A DNA stretch of 64,000 bases from Bacilli bacterium. Lineage in GTDB: Bacteria; Bacillota_I; Bacilli_A; RFN20; CAG-826. Where the stretch lies: assembly GCA_024408075.1 (NCBI GenBank), contig JAKSVK010000001.1:17273-81272 (forward strand), read 5' to 3'. Each line of letters starts with the position of its first letter. Position 1 is the first letter of the stretch. The notes under the pieces were generated by a model. It did no database searches and was not told the origin of the DNA. It saw only the letters and a program-made list of their open reading frames with translations. Of this stretch, positions 1 through 8,453 are shown piece by piece. The translations under genes were made by a program, and so were the position numbers.

Positions 1-377
1 CTCAAAACATTAGCTTATTTTCTCACCCAGCTACAAGAAGCTTAGGCGTTATCCTAAAATCTAAATTTAATAGAGCACAAGACAAGGCTGATATTTGTAC
101 AATTACTGCTCATTCATTCAGTGGAACTGATCGAGTTACCTTGGTTCCAGTTATGGCAGGAAATGGTAAATTCTATGATGTTCCTGTTTCTTGGGTAGAA
201 TATAATCGAATTTCTAAAGATAGCCAAATGCTTGTTGGTGATAGTGAAACTAACTTACCTGGATTTAAAGCTTTATATGAAACTGGTAAATTCAACAAAA
301 TGATTGGTAATCTTGATACTTCAAATGGTATTATATATAAGAAAAGATTATTTTCTTTCGTTTTGAAAGATAAATAA
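1..377 (+). CDS. 3' end of a CDS that begins upstream of the window (frame 3 stays open from base 3 to the TAA at 375-377); function unknown
   Basis: No stop codon from position 3 to 377 in the frame of the 141..377 track ORF; no recognisable motif. Confidence 0.4.
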   Translation, partial: QNISLFSHPATRSLGVILKSKFNRAQDKADICTITAHSFSGTDRVTLVPVMAGNGKFYDVPVSWVEYNRISKDSQMLVGDSETNLPGFKALYETGKFNKMIGNLDTSNGIIYKKRLFSFVLKDK

Positions 378-398
378 TATATAAAAAGGAGAAAAATT

Positions 399-1055
399 AT
401 GGCAAACGAACTCGACGAAATGACTGGCCCTGTAATGAGTGAAGGAAAAGACGTTAATGTTATTGCAAAACAACTTCCTGTTACTGTAGGCACTGGTAGT
501 AAAGTCTTTGAAATTATTATTTGGATTTTACCAGTCCCAATTATTTCTGGACTTATTTGGACTTTAGTAAAAGTTAAAGCAGGTAACTATCTTGATAAGT
601 TACAACAAAAGATTCAACACGATGCTTCTCAAATTGATAACTATTTAGAACAACGTGTCGTTATTCTTCAAAACGTTGCAAAACTATTAGATAAAGCAAT
701 TGATTTAGATAAGACAACATTTACTGAAATTGCTAAAAACAGAAGTGCAGCTAACTTAAATGGAGCTGCTGAAGGCATTGAAAATATTAATAAAGCTATT
801 AATGTTTCCTTAGAAGCTTATCCAGATCTTAAAGCACATGGTGAAATCGCTGATGCTATGCAACAAAATGCATACTTACAAAGAGAAATCACTGCTGCAA
901 GAGAAGTTTATAATGATACCGTCAATCAATGGAACAGAGACATCTTCTCATGGCCAAGCAAACAAATTGTTGCTGCTAAAAGAGGATATCATACACGTAT
1001 TCCATTCACTACAAGTAGCGAAATGAAACAAGCTGCTCGTGGTACATTCTTCTAA
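399..1055 (+). CDS. lemA: LemA family membrane protein
   Basis: RBS AAAGGAG 8 nt upstream; single N-terminal TM helix followed by coiled-coil-rich domain with the characteristic LemA C-terminus (…WNRDIFSWPSKQIVAAKRGY…). Confidence 0.75.
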   Translation: MANELDEMTGPVMSEGKDVNVIAKQLPVTVGTGSKVFEIIIWILPVPIISGLIWTLVKVKAGNYLDKLQQKIQHDASQIDNYLEQRVVILQNVAKLLDKAIDLDKTTFTEIAKNRSAANLNGAAEGIENINKAINVSLEAYPDLKAHGEIADAMQQNAYLQREITAAREVYNDTVNQWNRDIFSWPSKQIVAAKRGYHTRIPFTTSSEMKQAARGTFF

Positions 1056-1126
1056 TATTAGAGATAAATTAATATTAAGGAGCAATTTTATTTGCTCCTT
1101 TTTTATTACATTAATATAATTAAAGC

Positions 1127-2365
1127 ATGAATACTCCATTAGCGGATTTACTTAGGCCTGAATCTCTTTCTGATTTAGTTGGTCAACCACATTTACTTAG
1201 TAAAGGTAGTGTGTTTTTAAAAGCAATTAGTAAAAACATTGTCCCTAACATGATTTTTTATGGCCCTCCAGGAGTGGGAAAAACAACAGTTGCTAATATC
1301 ATTGCTAAAAACACTGAGATGAGTTTATATAAACTTAACGGTACAACTGCAACTCTTGATGATGTTAAAAAAGTAATTGAAGACTCTAAAGGTGTATTTC
1401 AAACTAAAGGAATTTTACTTTATTTGGATGAAATCCAATATTTTAATAAAAAACAACAACAAAGCCTTTTAGAATATGTTGAAAAAGGATTAATTACTTT
1501 AATTGCATCAACAACTGAAAATCCATATTTTTATATTTATCCAGCTTTAATTTCTAGATGTAGTGTTTTTGAATTTAAACAAATTGAACCTAGCGAAATT
1601 ATAAAAGGATTAAAACGTGTAATTGACTTAAAACACATCAAAATATCTGAAGATGCGATCAAATTATTAGCTAATAGTGCAAACGGGGATATGAGAAAGG
1701 CTATTAATAACCTTGAGTTTGTTTATTATGCTTTAGGAAGTAAAAAAGAGATTCAAGTTGATGAAGTCAAAGAAGTCGTTAATAAAGCTCATATTACTTA
1801 CGACAGAGATGAAGATAAACATTTCGACCATTTAAGTGCATTTATGAAGTCTCTTAGAGGTAGCAATCCTGATGCAGCAGTATTTTATTTGGCCAAGATG
1901 CTTGAAGCAGGAGATATTCAAAGTGTAGCAAGAAGATTACTTTGCTCGGTTAATGAAGATGTAGGGCTTGCTTATCCTAGTTTAATTCCAATTGTAAAAA
2001 GCTGTGTAGATAGTGCTCTTCAACTTGGTTTACCAGAAGCATATTTACCCTTAACTAACGCAACTATATTAATTGCAACTGCTCCAAAAAGTAACTCATC
2101 ATATATGGCATATCATATGGCTGAAGAAGATGTGAGAATGGGTAAAGGAATTAATGTTCCAAGATGCTTGCAAAACACCCATTTTGATGGGGAAGATCAG
2201 AAAGAAAAAGGACAAAATTATAAGTATCCTCATGACTATCCAAACCACTGGGTAGATCAACAATACCTTCCAGATGGTTTAAAGAATGCAAAATACTACA
2301 AATATGGTAAGAATAAGTTTGAGCAATCACTTAAAGAATATTGGGATAAAATCAAGAAAAATTAG
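1127..2365 (+). CDS. rarA: Replication-associated recombination protein A (AAA+ ATPase RarA/MgsA)
   Basis: Walker A GPPGVGKTT, LYLDEIQYFNK sensor/box, C-terminal MgsA-type domain; 412 aa typical length. Confidence 0.9.
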   Translation: MNTPLADLLRPESLSDLVGQPHLLSKGSVFLKAISKNIVPNMIFYGPPGVGKTTVANIIAKNTEMSLYKLNGTTATLDDVKKVIEDSKGVFQTKGILLYLDEIQYFNKKQQQSLLEYVEKGLITLIASTTENPYFYIYPALISRCSVFEFKQIEPSEIIKGLKRVIDLKHIKISEDAIKLLANSANGDMRKAINNLEFVYYALGSKKEIQVDEVKEVVNKAHITYDRDEDKHFDHLSAFMKSLRGSNPDAAVFYLAKMLEAGDIQSVARRLLCSVNEDVGLAYPSLIPIVKSCVDSALQLGLPEAYLPLTNATILIATAPKSNSSYMAYHMAEEDVRMGKGINVPRCLQNTHFDGEDQKEKGQNYKYPHDYPNHWVDQQYLPDGLKNAKYYKYGKNKFEQSLKEYWDKIKKN

Positions 2366-2367
2366 TT

Positions 2368-3282
2368 ATGGACTCATTAAAAAGTTTAATCGATAAACAA
2401 AATTATGATTTAGTTATAAAACTAACAGAAAATGCAACAAATCCTAGTGATTATTTTTATCGTATAGCAGCTTTTACTTGTCTTGGAAAATATGAAGAAG
2501 CACTTAACACCGTTCAAGACCATCAAGAGATTTTAATTAAAGAAAATTTGAACTCATTAATTAATATTCATATTGACCTATTATGTTGCCTAGAAAGATA
2601 TGAACAAGCCTATACTGCGTTAGATTATTATTCTAACCTACCTTATCAATCACAAATCGTGGAAGAAACATTAAAGAAAATGCCTGATTTAATTGAAGCT
2701 GAAGAAAAGAAAAATAAAGCATTAGGCAACTATAGTGAAGATGAAGTTTTTGCTAAATTAACTTCAAAAGATAATGAAGAAGTTCTGTTTGCTTTAGATT
2801 TAATTAAAAAACTCGATGTTTTTACTTATTTAGATGAAATTAAGAAAATTTTAGTTAAACATCCTAATCAAACAATTCGCAGTTTTGCTTTAATGCTTTT
2901 AGTTTCTAAAGAAGTTGATCGTGAACTTGATTATTTATCTAACCAAGGAATGATGAAAGTAAATCCAAAAAATCTAGGTCGCCCATTTGCAGGAGAATTT
3001 TTAAATACCCTTCTTAGAAGAATGGATAGCGAATTTAAAAATACTACGATAAGTCAAACTGGTGCTCACCTAGTTTCATCACTACTAATATATATCTATC
3101 CTAATAAATTAGATAAAGATATGGATGAAATTCTTGGAGCAATTTATCTTTGTTATGAAAAATTGACTCAAGAAAATATGCCAGATATCAGCGCATATGC
3201 TTTTAGCCATAATTTAAACGAAGAAATATTAAAAAAGTATTATGAGCTAATTGACGTAGCTAATAACGACTTACAAATTTAA
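2368..3282 (+). CDS. Hypothetical soluble helical-repeat protein, translationally coupled to rarA (2-nt gap)
   Basis: ATG 2 nt after rarA stop; 304 aa, no TM, TPR/HEAT-like helical composition; no recognisable catalytic motif. Confidence 0.55.
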   Translation: MDSLKSLIDKQNYDLVIKLTENATNPSDYFYRIAAFTCLGKYEEALNTVQDHQEILIKENLNSLINIHIDLLCCLERYEQAYTALDYYSNLPYQSQIVEETLKKMPDLIEAEEKKNKALGNYSEDEVFAKLTSKDNEEVLFALDLIKKLDVFTYLDEIKKILVKHPNQTIRSFALMLLVSKEVDRELDYLSNQGMMKVNPKNLGRPFAGEFLNTLLRRMDSEFKNTTISQTGAHLVSSLLIYIYPNKLDKDMDEILGAIYLCYEKLTQENMPDISAYAFSHNLNEEILKKYYELIDVANNDLQI

Positions 3283-3305
3283 ATGACTTATATTTGTTAA
3301 TAGTT

Positions 3306-3326
3306 ACACACATCAGTGTGTTTTTT
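3306..3326 (+). terminator. Rho-independent terminator (ACACAC-atca-GTGTGT + T5)
   Basis: Perfect 6-bp stem followed by TTTTT directly after the 2368..3282 CDS. Confidence 0.5.
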
Positions 3327-3383
3327 CTTTTATAAATCAAATTAATTTATTGACTATAATTAAAAAATAATTATAATATAAGT

Positions 3384-3680
3384 ATGATTACATTTACTTG
3401 GGATGAACGCAAAAAACAAATAAATTTAAAAAAGCACAATATAAGTTTTGAAGAAGCTTCAACTGTTTTTTATGATGAATGTGCATTATTTATTAATGAC
3501 CCAGATCATAGCGAAGATGAAGAAAGGTTTATATTGCTTGGATTGTCAAATAACTTAAATATATTGGTAGTTGTTCATTGTTATAGGGAAAATGATGAAG
3601 TAATCAGATTAATTTCTGCTAGAAAAGCAACGAAATTTGAAAAAGGTATTTATCTTAAAAATAAGGGGAAGAGATTATGA
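3384..3680 (+). CDS. brnT: BrnT-family type II toxin (DUF497/COG2929 RelE-fold ribonuclease)
   Basis: N-terminal FTWDERKKQINLKKHNISFEEASTVFYD…DPDHSEDEERFILLG matches the BrnT signature; own sigma-A-like promoter TTGACT-N16-TATAAT upstream; 4-nt overlap with downstream antitoxin. Confidence 0.8.
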   Translation: MITFTWDERKKQINLKKHNISFEEASTVFYDECALFINDPDHSEDEERFILLGLSNNLNILVVVHCYRENDEVIRLISARKATKFEKGIYLKNKGKRL

Positions 3681-3886
3681 GAGAAGAATACGATTTTAGT
3701 AAAGCGGTTAAAAATCCGTATGCAAAAAAATTAAAAAAACAAATAACGATTAATATTGATGGCGAAGCTATTGAGTATTTTAAGAAACAATCAAAGGATG
3801 TTGGAATTCCTTATCAAAGCTTAATTAACTTGTATTTGGTTCATTGTGCAAAAGAAAACAAAAAAATCAATTTAAGCTGGAAATAG
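3677..3886 (+). CDS. brnA: BrnA-family antitoxin (COG3514, RHH-type DNA-binding)
   Basis: MREEYDFSKAVKNPYAKKLKKQITINIDGEAIEYFK…GIPYQSLINLYL is the BrnA consensus; ATGA overlap with brnT. Confidence 0.8.
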   Translation: MREEYDFSKAVKNPYAKKLKKQITINIDGEAIEYFKKQSKDVGIPYQSLINLYLVHCAKENKKINLSWK

Positions 3887-3909
3887 ATATATTAGAAATG
3901 TTCAATCTA

Positions 3910-3947
3910 AGACAAATGCGCACCTTTATGGTGCGTTTTACTTGTCT
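3910..3947 (+). terminator. Rho-independent terminator after brnTA (GCGCACC-tttat-GGTGCG + TTTTA, nested in outer AGACAA/TTGTCT stem)
   Basis: Seen directly in sequence 3918-3940. Confidence 0.55.
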
Positions 3948-4005
3948 AAAATTATAAAATAATTTATAATCTAACACGCATATTAAATTTAATAGGAGAA
4001 ACATT

Positions 4006-5280
4006 ATGGAAAGAAAAATTACAAAATTAGAATCTTGTCATGTACAGGTCGATGTTAAAGTCGATACTGCATCTTGGAAAGAAGCTCAAGAAAAGGCAAT
4101 GAAGAAAGCTATTGCTAATGTCGAAGTTAAAGGCTTTAGAAAAGGACAAGCTCCAGAAGCTGTTGCTAAAAAACACATCGATCAAATGAAAGTTATGGAT
4201 GATGCAATTAATTCTTTATTACCAAAAATATATGAAGAAATTATCAAAGAAGACAAAGTTGCTCCATTTGCTCAACCTAAGGTTGATGTAACAAAAATTT
4301 CTGATACTGACTTAGAAATTAAATTTGTTATTGTTACTGGACCAGAAATTAAATTAGGTGCTTATAAAGACCTTTCTATTGGCAAAAAAGAAGTCAAAGT
4401 TGGTAAAGCAGAAGTTAATGCAGCAATTGAAGAAGCAAGAAAACAAAATGCTTCATTAGTTGTTAAAGAAGGTGCTGCTGCTAAAGGTGATACAGTCATT
4501 ATGGACTTTGAAGGTAAAGTCGATGGCAAAGCATTCGAAGGTGGGAGTAGCAAAAACTATGAGCTTGAACTTGGAAGCAATTCCTTTATTCCTGGTTTTG
4601 AAGACCAATTAGTTGGTGTTAAAGCTGGTGAACATAAAGATGTCAATGTTACTTTCCCAGAACAATATACAAAAGAATTAGCAGGAAAAGCTGCTGTATT
4701 CGGATGTGATGTTCACGAAGTGAAAGCTAAGAAACTCCCAGAATTAAATGATGAATTTGTTAAAGATTTAAATATTAAAGATGTTGATACAGTTGCTAAA
4801 CTTGAACAATATAAACTTGCTGAATTAACAGAACAAAAAGAAAAAGAAGCAAGAAATGAATATTTAACAAAGTTATATGAAAAGATTGCTAAAGATAGCA
4901 AGATTGAAATTCCATCAGAAATGATTGAAGATCAAGCAGAAAACAGAAAGAGAGATATGGAACAAAGAATGTCTCAATCTGGCTTAACTTTAGAACAATA
5001 CTTAACTTTTGTTGGTCAAAAAGAAGAAGAATTTATGGCTAAACTTAAGGAAGATTCTAAACGTGATATTACAAACTACTTCATTTTGGAAGAAGTCAGC
5101 AAAGCTGAAAATATGGAAATTACTGATGCAGATGTTGAATTTGAAATTTCTAAACTTGCTGATCAATACAAGATGAAGATTGAAGATGTTAGAAAAGCTC
5201 TTGGTGCTCAACTTGGAGAATTCAAAAACAATCTCAAGATGACAAGAGTTGAACAATTCTTATTTACACACAACAATTAA
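4006..5280 (+). CDS. tig: Trigger factor (ribosome-associated PPIase chaperone)
   Basis: RBS AGGAGA; 424 aa; FKBP-type PPIase core (…GDTVIMDFEGKVDGKAFEGG…GFEDQLVG…) and N-terminal ribosome-binding domain. Confidence 0.9.
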   Translation: MERKITKLESCHVQVDVKVDTASWKEAQEKAMKKAIANVEVKGFRKGQAPEAVAKKHIDQMKVMDDAINSLLPKIYEEIIKEDKVAPFAQPKVDVTKISDTDLEIKFVIVTGPEIKLGAYKDLSIGKKEVKVGKAEVNAAIEEARKQNASLVVKEGAAAKGDTVIMDFEGKVDGKAFEGGSSKNYELELGSNSFIPGFEDQLVGVKAGEHKDVNVTFPEQYTKELAGKAAVFGCDVHEVKAKKLPELNDEFVKDLNIKDVDTVAKLEQYKLAELTEQKEKEARNEYLTKLYEKIAKDSKIEIPSEMIEDQAENRKRDMEQRMSQSGLTLEQYLTFVGQKEEEFMAKLKEDSKRDITNYFILEEVSKAENMEITDADVEFEISKLADQYKMKIEDVRKALGAQLGEFKNNLKMTRVEQFLFTHNN

Positions 5281-5305
5281 TTTTAAAAATTAAGGAGGAA
5301 AATTT

Positions 5306-7645
5306 ATGGCTGATACAAAACCATCAACATTAACACTCCCTTTACTTATTACCAAAGGATTAGTTGTTTTTCCAAAAACAACGAAACTTATTGATGCAGG
5401 AAGAGATTTCTCTATTAATGCAATTAAAGTAGCAAAAAGTAAGACTGATTCTTTAATTTTGATTACTTCTCAAAAAACTGAAAATATTGAAATGCCTACT
5501 GAAAACGATTTATTTCCAGTAGGTGTTGTTGCTAGAATTACCTCTATTTCTGAGAGAGAAAATCGTATCAGAATTAGACTTGAAGTAGTTGATAGAGTTA
5601 AACTTTCAAAAATTGAATATGATAAAAAGGATGATAAATGTTTTATTGCTGATGCAACATTTCTTGAACAAGTAAAAACTAGTCCAGAAGAAAGCGAAGC
5701 AGTTATTTCATCTTTTAATCATGAAATTGAAAAATATCCAACCATTATTCAAAGATTACCTAAAAATTTAATTAATCTTTTAGCTAATAATGATGCCGGA
5801 CTTGAAGCTTGCTATGGATTCTTATCATTCTTTGATAGTTCTTTAGAACTAAAACAAAAAATGTTAGAGTCTAACGACTTAATAGCTCTTGCTGAAAGTG
5901 TTATCACTTTAATTAGTGGGGAAAACACTAAAGAAGAAATTGAAAAGAATATTTCTGAAACTGTTAGAGAGTCCACTGAAAAGAGTCAAAAAGAATATTT
6001 TCTTAGAGAAAAGCTTAAGGCAATTAAAAAAGAACTTGGTGAAGATGTCGGAGGAAGCAATGATCCTGATGAAATCTTAGCTAAACTTGAAAAATTCCCT
6101 TATCCAGAAAATGTTAAAAACAAAGTTAAAGCAGAAATTAAGAAGTTTGAAATGATGCCTCAAGGTTCTCTTGAAGCAGCCTTAATTATTTCTTATTTAG
6201 ATGTTTTAATGTCTGTCCCATGGTATCAAAAAACCGAAGACAATAATGATTTAAAGAATGTTGAAAACATTCTAGATGAAGATCATTATGGTCTTGAGAA
6301 CCCTAAAAAGAGAATTGTTGAATATTTAGCAGTTAAGAAATTAACTGGCAATTTAAAGTCTCCAATTCTTTGTTTCTATGGTCCTCCAGGAACAGGTAAG
6401 ACTTCCTTAGGAAAATCTATCGCTCGTGCACTTGGCAGAAAATTCTTTAAGTGTTCTTTAGGTGGTATTTCTGATGAAGCTGAAATTAGAGGTCATAGAC
6501 GTACTTATGTAGGTTCTTTACCTGGAAGAATCATTCAAGGAATGAGAAAAGCTGGAGTATCTAATCCTGTATTTTTACTTGATGAGGTCGATAAACTTGC
6601 TTCTTCTTATAAGGGAGATCCTGCAAGTGCTTTACTTGAAGTTCTTGATCCTGAACAAAACTTTATGTTTAATGATAACTATCTTGAAGAGCCATATGAT
6701 TTAAGTGATGTTTTGTTTATTTGTACAGCAAACTACCTTGAATCAATTCCTGGGCCTTTAAGAGATAGATTAGAGCTTATTCCTCTTTCTTCTTATACAG
6801 AAGTTGAGAAAAAGCATATTGCTTTTGAACACTTAATCAAAAAGCAAATTGAACTCAATGGCTTAAAAGAATCTAATGTGACTTTCACCGAGAAAGCAAT
6901 TGAATATATTCTTCATTACTATACTCGTGAAGCTGGTGTTAGAGATCTTGAAAGAAAGATTGCTTCTTGCCTTAGAAAAGTGGCTGTTGCAATCGTCAAA
7001 GATCCTAAAATCGAGCATATCGATATTGATGAAAAGCAGGTTAGAAAATACCTTGGAGTTGAAATCTTTGATTACTCTAAAAAAGAGAAAGAAAAACAAG
7101 TTGGTGTTATCACTGGCCTTGCATATACTGAATTTGGAGGAGATATCCTTCCAATTGAAGTCACTTATTTTAAAGGAAAAGGTGCTCTTGTTTTAACTGG
7201 ACACCTAGGTGATGTGATGAAAGAATCAGCAACAATTGCTCTTGACTATGTCAAGGCAAATGCTGAAAAATATCACATTGATCCTGAAATTTTCTTAAAT
7301 AATGATATTCATGTTCACGTTCCAGAAGGAGCTGTTCCAAAAGATGGTCCTAGTGCTGGAGTTGCTCTTACTTTAGCGATTATTTCTGCTACTAGTAAAA
7401 AGGCGGTTTCACCTGATATTGCCTTAACTGGTGAAGTAACTTTACGTGGAAATGCTCTTGCCATTGGTGGGTTAAGAGAAAAATCATTAGCAGCTGCTAG
7501 AAGTGGAATTAAAACTATTATTGTCCCAGATACTAATAAAAAGGATGTTAATGAACTTCCAAAAGAAGTAAAAAGTCAACTTAAGATACTCTATATGAAA
7601 AATGTAGATGATGCTTATAAAATTGTTTTTGGAGAAAATGATTAA
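5306..7645 (+). CDS. lon: ATP-dependent Lon protease
   Basis: RBS AAGGAGG; LON N-domain, AAA+ Walker A GPPGTGKTS, C-terminal Ser-Lys protease domain (…PKDGPSAG…). Confidence 0.95.
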   Translation: MADTKPSTLTLPLLITKGLVVFPKTTKLIDAGRDFSINAIKVAKSKTDSLILITSQKTENIEMPTENDLFPVGVVARITSISERENRIRIRLEVVDRVKLSKIEYDKKDDKCFIADATFLEQVKTSPEESEAVISSFNHEIEKYPTIIQRLPKNLINLLANNDAGLEACYGFLSFFDSSLELKQKMLESNDLIALAESVITLISGENTKEEIEKNISETVRESTEKSQKEYFLREKLKAIKKELGEDVGGSNDPDEILAKLEKFPYPENVKNKVKAEIKKFEMMPQGSLEAALIISYLDVLMSVPWYQKTEDNNDLKNVENILDEDHYGLENPKKRIVEYLAVKKLTGNLKSPILCFYGPPGTGKTSLGKSIARALGRKFFKCSLGGISDEAEIRGHRRTYVGSLPGRIIQGMRKAGVSNPVFLLDEVDKLASSYKGDPASALLEVLDPEQNFMFNDNYLEEPYDLSDVLFICTANYLESIPGPLRDRLELIPLSSYTEVEKKHIAFEHLIKKQIELNGLKESNVTFTEKAIEYILHYYTREAGVRDLERKIASCLRKVAVAIVKDPKIEHIDIDEKQVRKYLGVEIFDYSKKEKEKQVGVITGLAYTEFGGDILPIEVTYFKGKGALVLTGHLGDVMKESATIALDYVKANAEKYHIDPEIFLNNDIHVHVPEGAVPKDGPSAGVALTLAIISATSKKAVSPDIALTGEVTLRGNALAIGGLREKSLAAARSGIKTIIVPDTNKKDVNELPKEVKSQLKILYMKNVDDAYKIVFGEND

Positions 7646-8210
7646 TTTTAATAATACCGTTTTTGTTAAATCTTCACCAAATGTGAAACAAGCACCTCAG
7701 GGATTATTTCCTGAGGTTTTACTTGTTGGCAAAAGCAATGTAGGAAAATCCTCTCTTATTAATGCCTTAACTGGTAAGAAGATTGCTTTTACCTCTTCTA
7801 AACCTGGTCACACGCGCATGTTAAATTATTATAATGTAGATGATAAGTTATATTTAGTAGATGCTCCAGGATATGGATATGCTGCTGGAGGAGTAGATTT
7901 AGACCGTTTATTTGGTTTAACAATGGAAGATTATTTTGCTCATGCTAGTAGATTAAAACTTGTGATGGTACTTTTAGATTCTCGTAGAGAACTAGGAGAA
8001 AATGATATTGAAATTATTAATTATTTAGAAGATAAAAATATTAAATATCATCTCGTCTTTACTAAAAAAGATAAGATTAATCAAAAAGAAACTTCTGCTC
8101 TTAATAAGCACTTAGCTGAATTAGGAATTGAACTAGAAAATGTATCATTTACTTCAATAGATGATACTAAATCAATTGAAAAAGTTAGAAATAGACTCCA
8201 AAATCTATAA
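7638..8210 (+). CDS. engB: Ribosome biogenesis GTP-binding protein YihA/EngB (YsxC)
   Basis: G1 GKSNVGKSS, G3 DAPGYG, NKxD TKKD; ATG at 7638 with GGAG RBS 6 nt upstream, overlapping lon by 8 nt (track ORF starts earlier at 7608). Confidence 0.8.
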   Translation: MINFNNTVFVKSSPNVKQAPQGLFPEVLLVGKSNVGKSSLINALTGKKIAFTSSKPGHTRMLNYYNVDDKLYLVDAPGYGYAAGGVDLDRLFGLTMEDYFAHASRLKLVMVLLDSRRELGENDIEIINYLEDKNIKYHLVFTKKDKINQKETSALNKHLAELGIELENVSFTSIDDTKSIEKVRNRLQNL

Positions 8211-8284
8211 TTGCAATTATCTAAAGTAATTGTATAATTACATTGTTCGTTGAAATAGAGGAGTAACTAATATTTCTTTTTTAG

Positions 8285-8440
8285 AGAGTCAGGGATGGTG
8301 GAAGCCTGATAAAGAAACTTAGTGAAGGTCGCTATGGAGAACTGATGCTAATAAATTAGCTAATGAAGTGCTAGAAAATATTCTAGAACTAAGGTGGTAC
8401 CGCGTTAATTGACGTCCTTAGGGTAAGGACGTTTTTATTT
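8285..8440 (+). promoter_or_regulatory. T-box riboswitch leader for valS (AGAGAG stem-I start … T-box AACTAAGGTGGTACCGCG … terminator GACGTCCTTAGGG-taa-GGACGTC + T5)
   Basis: Canonical T-box sequence GGTGGTACCGCG at 8393-8404 that can pair alternatively with the 5' half of the terminator at 8411-8436; promoter TTGCAA-N16-TATAAT at about 8211-8238. Confidence 0.75.
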
Positions 8441-8453
8441 AGGAGGAAAGAAT

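Noticed and set aside
6900-7196. 98-aa alternative-frame ORF inside lon, and similar internal ORFs (22418..22687 in relA, 40672..41013 and 41326..41562 opposite parC, 44448..44708 opposite parE, 62758..63081 opposite dnaK)
   Set aside because: All lie fully within high-confidence conserved genes and lack SD sequences. Their low-complexity translations are typical of frame-shifted AT-rich coding DNA.
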